A DNA stretch of 64,000 bases from Eubacteriales bacterium (GCA_045532035.1 JAZSFD010000050.1:6751-70750); one strand, 5' to 3'; shown: positions 52,164-61,560, counted from the first letter of the stretch. Numbers and translations: made by a program. The notes: generated from the sequence alone by a model not told the origin.

Positions 52164-53107
52164 TATACATTCTCCTTTCTTTTGTTTTCGATAAGGGCAA
52201 TAAAAACATCCTCAAGGCTCATCTGCACATCGGTCAATCCGCAAAGAGGAAGGTTTGCTCTTGAAAGCGCATAGAACAGCTGTCTTTCTACACCGGATGA
52301 GTGCTGCTCGATGATGTAGTTGTTACATCCGTCGGAGGCAGGACTGTCAAATCTTACATCCTTTACACCGTCAACTGCGCCGACAATGTTAAGAACCTCC
52401 TGCACATCTCCCGAAATCTTTGCCGAAAGCTTTCTTACCCCTCCCACAAGATTTCCGAGCTCGCTTGTTTTTTCATCGGCGACAAGCTCGCCCTTGTTGA
52501 TAACGATGATCCTGTCGCAGACCGCCTGCACCTCTGAAAGGATATGGGTGCTGAGTATCACCGTATGCTTTCTGCCGAGAGCGGAGATTAGATTGCGTAT
52601 CTCAATTATCTGCTGAGGGTCAAGACCTACGGTCGGTTCGTCAAAAATAAGCACAGGCGGATTTCCCACAAGCGCTTGGGCTATTCCCACGCGCTGACGG
52701 TAGCCCTTTGAAAGATGGCTGATGATGCGGTTATAAACATTGCCTATCTTCACCACCTCGCAGATCTCCGAAAGATGTTTTTTGCGGTCAAGGGTACAAT
52801 GCTTGAGATCATAAACAAAATTCAGGTATTCCTTCACGGTCATGTCAAGATAAAGGGGCGGCTGTTCGGGAAGAAAGCCTATGCGACGCTTGGCGGCAAT
52901 GGGATTTTCAAGAATATCTATGCCGTCGATCATGGCAGTGCCCGAGGTTGCCGAAAGATAGCCTGTGAGAATATTCATGGTGGTACTCTTTCCCGCACCG
53001 TTAGGACCAAGGAAACCAACGATCTCGCCTGTTCCTATGGTGAAAGAAATATCCCTTACGGCATAAAGGCTGCCGTATTTTTTCACAACATTTTTTATTT
53101 CGATCAT
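52163..53107 (-). CDS. ABC transporter ATP-binding protein
   Basis: From MIEIKNVVKKYG. Walker A is GPNGAGKST, the signature is LSKGYRQR, and Walker B is LIFDEPT. The 22-aa extension in the track is not supported. Confidence 0.93.
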   Translation of the reverse strand: MIEIKNVVKKYGSLYAVRDISFTIGTGEIVGFLGPNGAGKSTTMNILTGYLSATSGTAMIDGIDILENPIAAKRRIGFLPEQPPLYLDMTVKEYLNFVYDLKHCTLDRKKHLSEICEVVKIGNVYNRIISHLSKGYRQRVGIAQALVGNPPVLIFDEPTVGLDPQQIIEIRNLISALGRKHTVILSTHILSEVQAVCDRIIVINKGELVADEKTSELGNLVGGVRKLSAKISGDVQEVLNIVGAVDGVKDVRFDSPASDGCNNYIIEQHSSGVERQLFYALSRANLPLCGLTDVQMSLEDVFIALIENKRKENV

Positions 53108-53270
53108 GTTTTTTGATCTTCCTTTCGGATTTTTTGAAGTCGGAAAAGCTCCGTTTTTTCCGAAAACACACACTTATGCATTATAATAATGAAGATTATA
53201 CCATCCATTTGTTACCTTGTTTTGAACAACGCCGAAAAAGTTTCGCCGCCTTGTGTGATAAGGCGGTGAA

Positions 53271-53301
53271 AAAAACAGAGGGGACCGTGATGGTCTCCCC
53301 T
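53271..53301 (-). terminator. Probable terminator of the SLH-protein gene
   Basis: An imperfect GC stem (ggggacc / ggtctcccc, with a bulge) is followed on the minus strand by TGTTTTTTT. Confidence 0.45.
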
Positions 53302-53309
53302 ATTGCTTT

Positions 53310-55961
53310 TTATTTCACTCTCTGCGCCACAAGAACTCTCACAACACCTGTCAAGTCATAATAGCCCCTGATTTCATATTCATTTCCTGCAAGCAAGGTC
53401 TTGATATAGTCGACAGAGGTTTTTGCAATGATATCGCTCTGCTTTGCATCGCTGTCCTTTGTTACGGTATATGACTTCTGCTCCATAACAAAGCATTCGG
53501 CATAATCCCAGAGAGTATATGACTTTGCGGCAGATCTTACCGATGCGCCGTCTATATTCATGACATCGATTTCAGATAGCGCCTTGATGCTGTCTGCCTC
53601 GTTGTTATACTTCACCTGCACCGCGCCTGCGGGAGCTGTCAGATAATTGCCGATGCCGCTGTTTTTGGAGGAGGTAAGATAATTATAATTGCCCTTGAAT
53701 TTGAGGATAACGCCATAGGAATGACAGTCACCGGTGGCATCCTTAAGCACAAGATAGTCGATATATCCGTCTGGATTTATATTATAATACGCTACATTTC
53801 TGGAAGTAAGCGTTATCTGCGCCAATCGGTTGGGGTAGATTGTCGCAAAGCTCTTGCCGTAATAGTCCACAAGCACGGCATCAGAGGTTATCTTTCCTGC
53901 TTTGATTGCAGTTTTGAGAGCAGAAATGTTCGAGTCGGAATACTTGATCGCAAATTCCTTCACTCTCATTTCTCCGTCGGTATAGCTCACATAAACAAGC
54001 ACTCCGGTATCGAAATCGGAATCTCCCGTTCTGATGCTGTAAATCTTGCCGTCAAAGGAGGAAACATTCACGAAATAATCTTCATAAACCATTCCGTTTG
54101 CCGCGGTATATTCCTTCTTTTCGACCGAAGTCGAAATTCCGAGAAAATCGGAGGCAATATCCGACGGCTCCACCGCCGCCGCAACACCTGCTGCTCCCAG
54201 AAGAAGAGTTGCCGTGTCGCCGACGGCAAAGGTGCCCTTGCCGCTGAAAGAAAGCACTGCCTTTGACGATTCAAGGGAATACTTGTTTCCTGCCACAGTT
54301 GCCGAGGTGGGAGCAACAACATTCGGTTCTATCGCCTCAATAACGCCTGTCACCTTTTCTGAATATATCCACACAGTCTTAAAGGTGGGGGAATAATAGA
54401 TGACATCATAATCGTGCAGGGTGCTCATTTCGACCTTGCGACCGTCAAGATAATATTCGGCGGTGTCTGCATCAAAGCCTATCTTTTCTTTCCAGGTTTG
54501 CCCCACTGCGATCTCGGGACCTTTAAGCGTTGCCGCCACAAGTGTTTCATACGAAAGGCCGTTGTCCTCATAGATCTCGGTATCATAAATATCGGCGTGC
54601 TCGGCATATTCCACAAGTCCGTTTTTGCCGAAATACAGGGTGATAAAATCGTTTTCGGCAAACTCGGCTTCATTCTTGAAAAGCTGCTTTACCGACGACG
54701 AAAGGTTATAATTCTTTGAATTTACGGTAATACTCTTGGGATTCTCCTTTGAGGGAGAGAATGCCGAAAGGATACCGCTGGCATTTGTCCCATACGCAAA
54801 TGAGCTTGAAAGCGCCTCGCAGGAATATACAAGCGAGTCTTCGGTTATATTGTTGGTTTCAGAATAAACATCGTTGACATAAAGCTTTTCTTTTCCCGAA
54901 GTGAGCTCTTCCTTTGACGAAGCAATATATGCATCTGTTGCCGCATACGCCTCGACTGCACAGCCGTTTTCTCCGAGAAGCAGAACGACAGCACTGTCAA
55001 CCGCAAACTTTCCGTCAGAGAGTTCTCCCGAAAAATCGGCTCTGTCGGCAAGCTCATAGGACACGCCCGAAACAGTCACGCTTTGGGGAGAATTTCTGTC
55101 GGGAGAATAGCCCTCCACAACACCTGCGGTCTTGTCGTCATAAATCCACACCGAAGAAAACTCGGGACAATAGTAGAGCACATCATAAAGACCTACGGCA
55201 GAAGCATCCACTGTCTTTCCATCCTTGTGATATACTGTCTTTTCGTTGACCCCTGCGACACTTTGCCACGAATCAAGAGAGGTTACGATATACGGACCTT
55301 CTTTTTTGCTGTCCATAAGCGCCGAATAGTCAATGTTTCCGAAAGCATCCGCCCTCTCGCCTATGGTAACAGCATAGCTTTGTCCTTGCTTTGTATATGT
55401 ACAGAGCATATTGTAGACAAGATACATACACTCACGGCGTGTAAGCTCTGCTCCCTGCTCTGCAGAAATGCCTGTGTTAAGCTTCAGCGAGCGGTATTTT
55501 GCCATCTGTCCGTCAGGGTATGAGCCGACAAAGTCGGAGGAGGTATAGCCGAGAAGCTTGAGCACAATGTTTGCCGCCTCTTCAAGCTTCACATTTCCCG
55601 AGGGACGGAAGGTGCCGTCAAGATAACCGTTGATCCAGCCGTTATTCACCGCCACTCTGATATATCCCGCTGCCCAGTGGGAGGCTCCCACATCGGGGAA
55701 AATGGAATATGCGGTTCTCACATCGGCATCGTCCTTGTAATTTGAAGCGCAGACCGCCATTTTCACAAACTCGGCGCGGGTGACGCCCTTGTCAAGATTG
55801 AGATTTCCGTTCTCGTCGCCGCGCATTATGCCAAGCGCACCAACGATCTCGATTATCTTTTCCTCACCAAGCCCTGCGCTTTTTTCGACAGCAAAAACCG
55901 ACGGCGCGGCAAGAGAAAGAAGTGTTATTGCCGCAAGAAGCGCACACATGATCTTTTTCAT
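53310..55961 (-). CDS. Secreted SLH-domain cell-wall protein with three internal repeat modules
   Basis: From MKKIMCALLAAITLLSLAAPSVFA, a signal peptide. The SLH motifs are GDENGNLNLDKGVTRAEF and FPDVGASHWAAGYI...GYLDGTFRP. A repeated module appears as YDV(L/I)YY.P.F..VWIY..K..GV(V/I)E... three times. Confidence 0.85.
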   Translation of the reverse strand: MKKIMCALLAAITLLSLAAPSVFAVEKSAGLGEEKIIEIVGALGIMRGDENGNLNLDKGVTRAEFVKMAVCASNYKDDADVRTAYSIFPDVGASHWAAGYIRVAVNNGWINGYLDGTFRPSGNVKLEEAANIVLKLLGYTSSDFVGSYPDGQMAKYRSLKLNTGISAEQGAELTRRECMYLVYNMLCTYTKQGQSYAVTIGERADAFGNIDYSALMDSKKEGPYIVTSLDSWQSVAGVNEKTVYHKDGKTVDASAVGLYDVLYYCPEFSSVWIYDDKTAGVVEGYSPDRNSPQSVTVSGVSYELADRADFSGELSDGKFAVDSAVVLLLGENGCAVEAYAATDAYIASSKEELTSGKEKLYVNDVYSETNNITEDSLVYSCEALSSSFAYGTNASGILSAFSPSKENPKSITVNSKNYNLSSSVKQLFKNEAEFAENDFITLYFGKNGLVEYAEHADIYDTEIYEDNGLSYETLVAATLKGPEIAVGQTWKEKIGFDADTAEYYLDGRKVEMSTLHDYDVIYYSPTFKTVWIYSEKVTGVIEAIEPNVVAPTSATVAGNKYSLESSKAVLSFSGKGTFAVGDTATLLLGAAGVAAAVEPSDIASDFLGISTSVEKKEYTAANGMVYEDYFVNVSSFDGKIYSIRTGDSDFDTGVLVYVSYTDGEMRVKEFAIKYSDSNISALKTAIKAGKITSDAVLVDYYGKSFATIYPNRLAQITLTSRNVAYYNINPDGYIDYLVLKDATGDCHSYGVILKFKGNYNYLTSSKNSGIGNYLTAPAGAVQVKYNNEADSIKALSEIDVMNIDGASVRSAAKSYTLWDYAECFVMEQKSYTVTKDSDAKQSDIIAKTSVDYIKTLLAGNEYEIRGYYDLTGVVRVLVAQRVK

Positions 55962-56010
55962 ATATATTGAGATCCTTTCCGATTTTTGAAATACTGATTG
56001 AACCCTTTTA

Positions 56011-57201
56011 TCAGTCATAACGCAGAGCGTCGATGGGATTGAGCTCAGACGCTTTCTTTGCGGGAAGATATCCGAACAAAACTCCGATGAAAACCGAAAT
56101 TCCGACAGAAAGCATCACAGAACCGATCGACGGAACAGCGTTGATATCAAGCAGAGGTCCAATCTTTTGCGCACTGACAACACCAAGCACTATTCCCAAA
56201 ACTCCTCCTATAAGACTTGTGGTCATGGCTTCAATGACAAATTGCATTTTGATATCGGCACGCTTTGCACCGAGAGCTTTTCTGATACCTATCTCACGGG
56301 TGCGTTCTGTAACAGATACAAGCATGATGTTCATGATTCCGATTCCGCCTACAAGCAGAGAGATTCCTGCAATACATGCAATAACAATAACCATAGTATC
56401 CATAACTCCCGTTGCAATATCCATAATATCCGCAAGAGCAAGGATATTGTATGCATCCTCATCTTCGTATACTCTGTACAATGCATTTGTCAGCACCTGC
56501 TTTGCCGTCTGAACATTATCATCATCAGACGCAACCACCGCATAGGTGGTAACTGTGTCCTGCCTTGCAAGCTTTCGCATAGCTGTCGTATATGGAATAT
56601 AAATAAAATTGTCCGAACCTGTTTCGGAAGTTGCATCGGTTATTTCAGAACATACTCCGATTATTTTGTATACATCTCCGTTTATTTTTATGTTGCTTCC
56701 CACAGCATTTCCGTCATACACCTCGGCACCGTCAAGATAAGCTCCGACAAAGCAAACCTTTTGTCTGGTTTCGCAATCGATATATGTGAAAAACTCACCT
56801 TTTTCGACATCATACGATTTGACATCAAGATATTCTTCTCCGACACCTGTTATGGTTGTGGAAAGTTCCTCGTTCCAGCCGGTCGGTCGGACAGAAGCTC
56901 TTTGAACAGACACTTCCGGGGAAAAATACGGTATGATATTGCGGTTTTCTTCGATGCACTCAAACATATCTTCTTCGGTAAACTGTCTTGTGGATCCGCG
57001 TCCGATGACAGTCACGGTAATTCCCCGTGCACCAATTGACTCAAAAGCGTTGTTGACCTCGGTCGTGACACCATTTCCGAGACTCATTATAAGTATGACA
57101 GAACCCACACCGATGATGATACCGAGCATGGTGAGAAACGCCCGCATCTTATTGTTGAGAAGGCTTTTTATTGCAAGAATGAAGGATTGAAAGATACCCA
57201 T
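56011..57201 (-). CDS. MacB/FtsX-type ABC transporter permease
   Basis: 396 aa. It has an N-terminal TM helix, a large extracytoplasmic domain and a C-terminal FtsX domain (IRKALGAKRADIKMQFVIEA). Confidence 0.9.
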   Translation of the reverse strand: MGIFQSFILAIKSLLNNKMRAFLTMLGIIIGVGSVILIMSLGNGVTTEVNNAFESIGARGITVTVIGRGSTRQFTEEDMFECIEENRNIIPYFSPEVSVQRASVRPTGWNEELSTTITGVGEEYLDVKSYDVEKGEFFTYIDCETRQKVCFVGAYLDGAEVYDGNAVGSNIKINGDVYKIIGVCSEITDATSETGSDNFIYIPYTTAMRKLARQDTVTTYAVVASDDDNVQTAKQVLTNALYRVYEDEDAYNILALADIMDIATGVMDTMVIVIACIAGISLLVGGIGIMNIMLVSVTERTREIGIRKALGAKRADIKMQFVIEAMTTSLIGGVLGIVLGVVSAQKIGPLLDINAVPSIGSVMLSVGISVFIGVLFGYLPAKKASELNPIDALRYD

Positions 57202-57968
57202 TATTGATCTTCGCCTCCTTTTTCTTTGCCGTCATTTCTTTGCAGCTCGTGGGGAATATCAGGATTCACAAGCGCCTCGGGCGCATGGGAAGAACCGTCA
57301 TACACGACCTTTCCGTCCTGAAGTCTGATGATTCTTTCAGCCTTGACAGCAATGGAATTGTCATGGGTGATAAGCACAATGGTGTTGCCCTCCGAATGAA
57401 GCTGCTGCAAGAATTCCAGCACCTCACGGCCTGTGCGTGAGTCGAGAGCTCCCGTCGGCTCGTCGGCAAGAATGACCGAAGGATTTCCCGCAAGGGCTCG
57501 GGCAATCGAAACCCTTTGCTGCTGACCACCCGAAAGCTGGGACGGCAGATTTTTCGCCTTGTCGGTAAGGCCCACCCTTTCCAGCGCCTCAAGAGCCATT
57601 TTTCTGCGGTCTTTTTTGGAATATCCCGCGTAAAGGAGAGGCAGTTCCACATTTTCAAGCACCGTAAGCTTTGGGATCAGATTGTATTGCTGAAAGATAA
57701 AGCCCAGCATCTCATTTCGGATGGCAGCAAGCTTGTTATCGTTCATGGTGCTGACATCGACACCGCCCAGATAATAGCTTCCGTCGGTGGGCACATCAAG
57801 CGCTCCGATTATGTTCATGCAGGTGGATTTTCCCGAGCCCGACTGACCGACGATGGCAACAAATTCGCCCTCTTTTATCGAAAAAGAGATATCGTCGGCA
57901 GCGCGAACCTCGGTATCGCCCATCTGATATATTTTGTATATGTGTTCAAAAACTATAAGTCCGTCCAT
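57201..57968 (-). CDS. MacB/LolD-type ABC transporter ATP-binding protein
   Basis: From MDGLIVFEHIYKIY. Walker A is GQSGSGKST, the signature is LSGGQQQRVSIARAL, and Walker B is ILADEPTGALD. The start lies 13 nt after the adaptor stop. Confidence 0.93.
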   Translation of the reverse strand: MDGLIVFEHIYKIYQMGDTEVRAADDISFSIKEGEFVAIVGQSGSGKSTCMNIIGALDVPTDGSYYLGGVDVSTMNDNKLAAIRNEMLGFIFQQYNLIPKLTVLENVELPLLYAGYSKKDRRKMALEALERVGLTDKAKNLPSQLSGGQQQRVSIARALAGNPSVILADEPTGALDSRTGREVLEFLQQLHSEGNTIVLITHDNSIAVKAERIIRLQDGKVVYDGSSHAPEALVNPDIPHELQRNDGKEKGGEDQ

Positions 57969-57981
57969 CAAAGCACCTTTC

Positions 57982-59865
57982 TCAACGGCCGCCAAAGCTT
58001 CCTGCGCCGCCAAAGCCGCCCGAGTTTCCTCCGCGGTTTCCACCTCCGAAGTTTCCGCCACTGAAGTTTCCGCCGGACGGCATTCCACCGGACATTCCGC
58101 CGGGCATTCCACCATGCATTCCGCCCATCATCGAGAAGATATCGGTCGGCTGCACAGCCACATTCTTGACCTCATAAACAATGATATCTCCCACCGAAAG
58201 ACCCGATCTGATCTCGATATATTCTCCGTCTGTGGCACCTATCTCAATATTCACCTTTTCGGTCTCGGGCTTTTCCTCAAAGGTTCCCATGGGTCGGCCA
58301 ACCGCAGCCTTTGTTATCTCAACAACATTTCCGCGTCCCACAGCAGAAACAGGAATTGCAGGAACCTCACCTGTGCTCGAAAGGATTATCTCCGCATTGA
58401 TGTTCATGCCGGGAAGCAGATAATCGTTGCCCTCGATCTCGACAGTGACGGGATATACCGTCGTTCCGCCCGATGAGCTTCCGACGATGCTCTTTTTTGT
58501 GATAACTCCCTCAAAGACCATGTTGTCGATCGAATCGGAGGTGATGTTCACCTTTTGTCCCACCTCGATGAGCGAAAGGTCAAGCTCGTCGATGTTGAGG
58601 TCGAAGGTAAGCTTTGACATATCGTAGATTATGGCAAGGGTCGTGGTGGACGACATTGAGCTTGAACCGATGGTGTCAAGCTCCTTATAGTTCTTCTGAA
58701 CCACAGTTCCCGAAATTGGCGCTGTGATGGTGTAATCCTCCAGCCTTTCCTCAAGATCCTCAAGGGCTTTGACCTGATTGTCATACGCTTTCTGAAGAGA
58801 TTCAAGCTGGTTGTCAAGGTTTTCGGAGGAAATCTTTGCCACAAGATCTCCTTTTTTTACATAATCGCCGTCATCAAAAAATACAGCCTCAATCTCACCT
58901 GAGCCTTCGGCTTTTATTGTTTCCTCCTCGTTGTACTTGAAGGTTCCCTCGCCCGAGCAGTCATAGGTGACTCCGTTTATGCCCACCGCGCCGGCATATG
59001 CCTTCATACCAAAGGTGATACCACCAGGATTTTTGACAGAAACGGTGATATTTCTGACGATGGAATTATATTGGTTGACACTTGTTATGTTGGATATCTC
59101 GGTGACTATTCCCGAAAGCTGCTCGCCCGTCGACGAAAAGGTGACGGTAGCGGAAGAACCTTTGGCAAGATAGTCTGTGTTTGCGGCAAAGAAAGGAACC
59201 TCAAGGAGCATTGTGTCGCTGTCTACCACATAAGCAATGGAAGTTCCCTCGGAAACTCTGTCACCCTCCTCGACATACACCTCGCGTATTTTTCCCGAAT
59301 AATCGGAATAGACATTGAGATCTTCATACTCCTCATAAAGGTCGTTTATGTCCTCAAGAGCATCTGCCACATCCTCTTTTTTATCGGCAATGTCCTCCTC
59401 AAGGTCGGAGGAATCAATGACAAAAAGCACATCGTCCTCAAGCACCTCGTCCATTTCCTCAAAATCAGCGCTGAGAATGTCTCCCGAGACGGTGGCGGTG
59501 ATATTGTAGGAATCATATGCCTGAAGCGTTCCCGTTCCCGTAAGGCTTGTGGTGATATCACGGGTGGTGACGGTGTAGTAGTTGTATGTACCGGTGCCCT
59601 GTATCTGAGGCTTGCCCTGTGGAAGGATTCTGTTTACTCCCGGCATCTTTCTTCCGAGATTAAGGGCGGAATTTCGCAGCCCCGGGAAAAGAACAAGCAA
59701 AAGAGCAATAACAACTATCGCAATGATAATTATTTTGCCCACCGAAAGCTTTTTCTTTTTCCCCGGAGAACGCTTTATTTTCACATCCACTGCCTTCTCC
59801 TCGGGTTTTATCTCGATTCCCGACACATTCTTTTCGTTTTCGCTCATGTTTTCCTCCGTTGTCAA
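57982..59865 (-). CDS. HlyD/MacA-type periplasmic adaptor (membrane fusion) protein with a Gly/Met-rich C-terminal tail
   Basis: 627 aa. It has an N-terminal TM helix, a coiled coil (LESLQKAYDNQVKALEDLEERLEDYTITAPISGTV) and beta-barrel domains. The tail reads GGMHGGMPGGMSGGMPSGGNFSGGNFGGGNRGGNSGGFGGAGSFGGR. Confidence 0.85.
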   Translation of the reverse strand: MTTEENMSENEKNVSGIEIKPEEKAVDVKIKRSPGKKKKLSVGKIIIIAIVVIALLLVLFPGLRNSALNLGRKMPGVNRILPQGKPQIQGTGTYNYYTVTTRDITTSLTGTGTLQAYDSYNITATVSGDILSADFEEMDEVLEDDVLFVIDSSDLEEDIADKKEDVADALEDINDLYEEYEDLNVYSDYSGKIREVYVEEGDRVSEGTSIAYVVDSDTMLLEVPFFAANTDYLAKGSSATVTFSSTGEQLSGIVTEISNITSVNQYNSIVRNITVSVKNPGGITFGMKAYAGAVGINGVTYDCSGEGTFKYNEEETIKAEGSGEIEAVFFDDGDYVKKGDLVAKISSENLDNQLESLQKAYDNQVKALEDLEERLEDYTITAPISGTVVQKNYKELDTIGSSSMSSTTTLAIIYDMSKLTFDLNIDELDLSLIEVGQKVNITSDSIDNMVFEGVITKKSIVGSSSGGTTVYPVTVEIEGNDYLLPGMNINAEIILSSTGEVPAIPVSAVGRGNVVEITKAAVGRPMGTFEEKPETEKVNIEIGATDGEYIEIRSGLSVGDIIVYEVKNVAVQPTDIFSMMGGMHGGMPGGMSGGMPSGGNFSGGNFGGGNRGGNSGGFGGAGSFGGR

Positions 59866-59905
59866 GAAATGTTTATCGATGTCTGTCAGACTAACACACT
59901 TTCCC

Positions 59906-59946
59906 TGTTACTGCCATATTATCTCATGTCAATGTGTTCCTGCCAT
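59906..59946 (-). promoter_or_regulatory. Two 12-nt direct repeats flanking a TTGACA hexamer upstream of the efflux operon (candidate regulator site)
   Basis: On the minus strand, ATGGCAGGAACA (59946-59935) and ATGGCAGTAACA (59917-59906) match at 11/12 and are 29 nt apart start to start. TTGACA lies between them. Confidence 0.3.
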
Positions 59947-60067
59947 GTGATTAAAGTGAAAAGCATCTGTTTTTTTATTGTATATTTTTTGAACTGAAAA
60001 TTAAAATTAAATTAAACTCGTCCCAAAGATGCCGAAACGCCGCCTTGCGCCGCCGTTTTTATTGATA

Positions 60068-61441
60068 TTATCCGACAATTTCCGACAAATATGCGATCTG
60101 CTTTTCGACAGATGCAAGACCTGTGCCTCCTGCGGAAATTCTCTTTTCAACACAGGTTTCAAGCGAGATCTCTCCATAAAGGTCCTCGTCAAAAAGCTCG
60201 GAATGGCATCTGTAATCCGAAAGGAGAAGCTGATCAAGCACCGTGTTCTTTTCGATACATTCTGCCACAAGCTCGCCCACAACCTTGTAGGCTGTGCGGA
60301 AAGGCATTCCCTTCTTCACAAGGTAATCGGCAAGGTCGGTGGCGTTGATAAAGCCGCGGCCCGCGGCATTATACATATTCTCGGGGATCGCACGCATGGT
60401 CTCTACCATGGGAGCGAAGATGTCAAGGCAAAGCTTTACCGTGTCAATGCTGTCAAACATAGCCTCCTTGTCCTCCTGCATATCCTTGTTATAGGCAAGA
60501 GGAATTCCCTTCAAAGTCGTGAGAAGTGTCATGAGATCACCGTAAACTCTGCCTGTCTTTCCGCGAACAAGCTCTGCCATGTCGGGGTTCTTTTTCTGAG
60601 GCATGATACTTGAGCCTGTGGTAAACGAATCGTCAAGCTCAACAAATTTGAATTCCCACGACGACCAGAGAATGATCTCCTCCGAAAAACGCGAAAGGTG
60701 CATCATGACAATAGCAAAGGCGCTCATGAGCTCAAGACAGAAATCACGGTCGGAAACACCGTCAATGCTGTTGAGGGTGATATCGTCAAAGCCAAGCTTT
60801 TCTGCTTCAAAGTATCTGTCTGTGTCATAAGTGGTTCCGGCAAGAGCGCAGGAGCCTATGGGCGACACATTCATACGGCGCACGGCATCTTTGATTCTTG
60901 TGATATCGCGGGACAGCATCATGCCGTAGGCAAGAAGCTGATGGGCAAAGGTTATGGGCTGAGCACGCTGAAGATGGGTATATCCTGGCATGATGGTTCT
61001 CTTGTGCTGTTTTGCCTGGACAAGAATTGCACTGATGAGCTTTTTGATAAGCGTGATTATCTCGGCTGCTTCATCGCGCAGATAAAGGCGGATATCAAGA
61101 GCTACCTGGTCGTTTCTGGAGCGCGCAGTGTGAAGCTTTTTGCCCACATCGCCAAGACGCTTTGTGAGTACCGATTCGACAAACATATGGATATCTTCGG
61201 CTTCCATGTCAATGGCAAGCTTGCCTTCGTCGATATCGGCAAGTATTTCCGAAAGACCCTCGATTATTTTTTCGCTTTCTTCTTTTGTGATTATGCCCTG
61301 TTTTCCGAGCATGGCGGCGTGCGCCATAGAGCCTGTGATGTCCTGTCGGTACATTCTGCAATCCACCGAGATCGAAGAATTGAAATCGTCTGCCTTTTTG
61401 TCAAGCGCTTTAGAAAAGCGGCCTGCCCACATTTTTTCCAT
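60068..61441 (-). CDS. argH: Argininosuccinate lyase
   Basis: 457 aa. Reads MWAGRFSK...TGSMAHAAML...GSSIMPQKKNPD (fumarate lyase signature). Confidence 0.97.
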   Translation of the reverse strand: MEKMWAGRFSKALDKKADDFNSSISVDCRMYRQDITGSMAHAAMLGKQGIITKEESEKIIEGLSEILADIDEGKLAIDMEAEDIHMFVESVLTKRLGDVGKKLHTARSRNDQVALDIRLYLRDEAAEIITLIKKLISAILVQAKQHKRTIMPGYTHLQRAQPITFAHQLLAYGMMLSRDITRIKDAVRRMNVSPIGSCALAGTTYDTDRYFEAEKLGFDDITLNSIDGVSDRDFCLELMSAFAIVMMHLSRFSEEIILWSSWEFKFVELDDSFTTGSSIMPQKKNPDMAELVRGKTGRVYGDLMTLLTTLKGIPLAYNKDMQEDKEAMFDSIDTVKLCLDIFAPMVETMRAIPENMYNAAGRGFINATDLADYLVKKGMPFRTAYKVVGELVAECIEKNTVLDQLLLSDYRCHSELFDEDLYGEISLETCVEKRISAGGTGLASVEKQIAYLSEIVG

Positions 61442-61531
61442 GATTTATGATTCCTTTTCCAAAAATTAAATTCAACGTATAAAGTATATCACAAGACGGG
61501 CGAATATGCAACAACCTTTTTTGCCAAACCC

Positions 61532-61560
61532 TTGAAAAAATCAAAGGAAAGTGATACAAT
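61532..61560 (+). promoter_or_regulatory. Sigma-A promoter of the YmdB-like gene
   Basis: TTGAAA (61532-61537), a 17-nt spacer, then TACAAT (61555-61560), with an extended -10 TGA just before the hexamer. Confidence 0.65.

Noticed and set aside
57969-58115. The MacB-type ATPase ORF has a 49-aa N-terminal extension (ECPAECPVEC...).
   Set aside because: It overlaps the Gly-rich tail coding region of the upstream adaptor in another frame, so its repetitiveness mirrors that tail. The ABC domain starts at the internal Met, 13 nt after the adaptor stop.
60030-60062. The GC-rich element cgccgcc-ttg-cgccgcc after argH looked like a terminator stem.
   Set aside because: The two arms are direct repeats, not inverted repeats. 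Only a 5-bp aaacg/cgttt pairing flanks them, so I did not call it.
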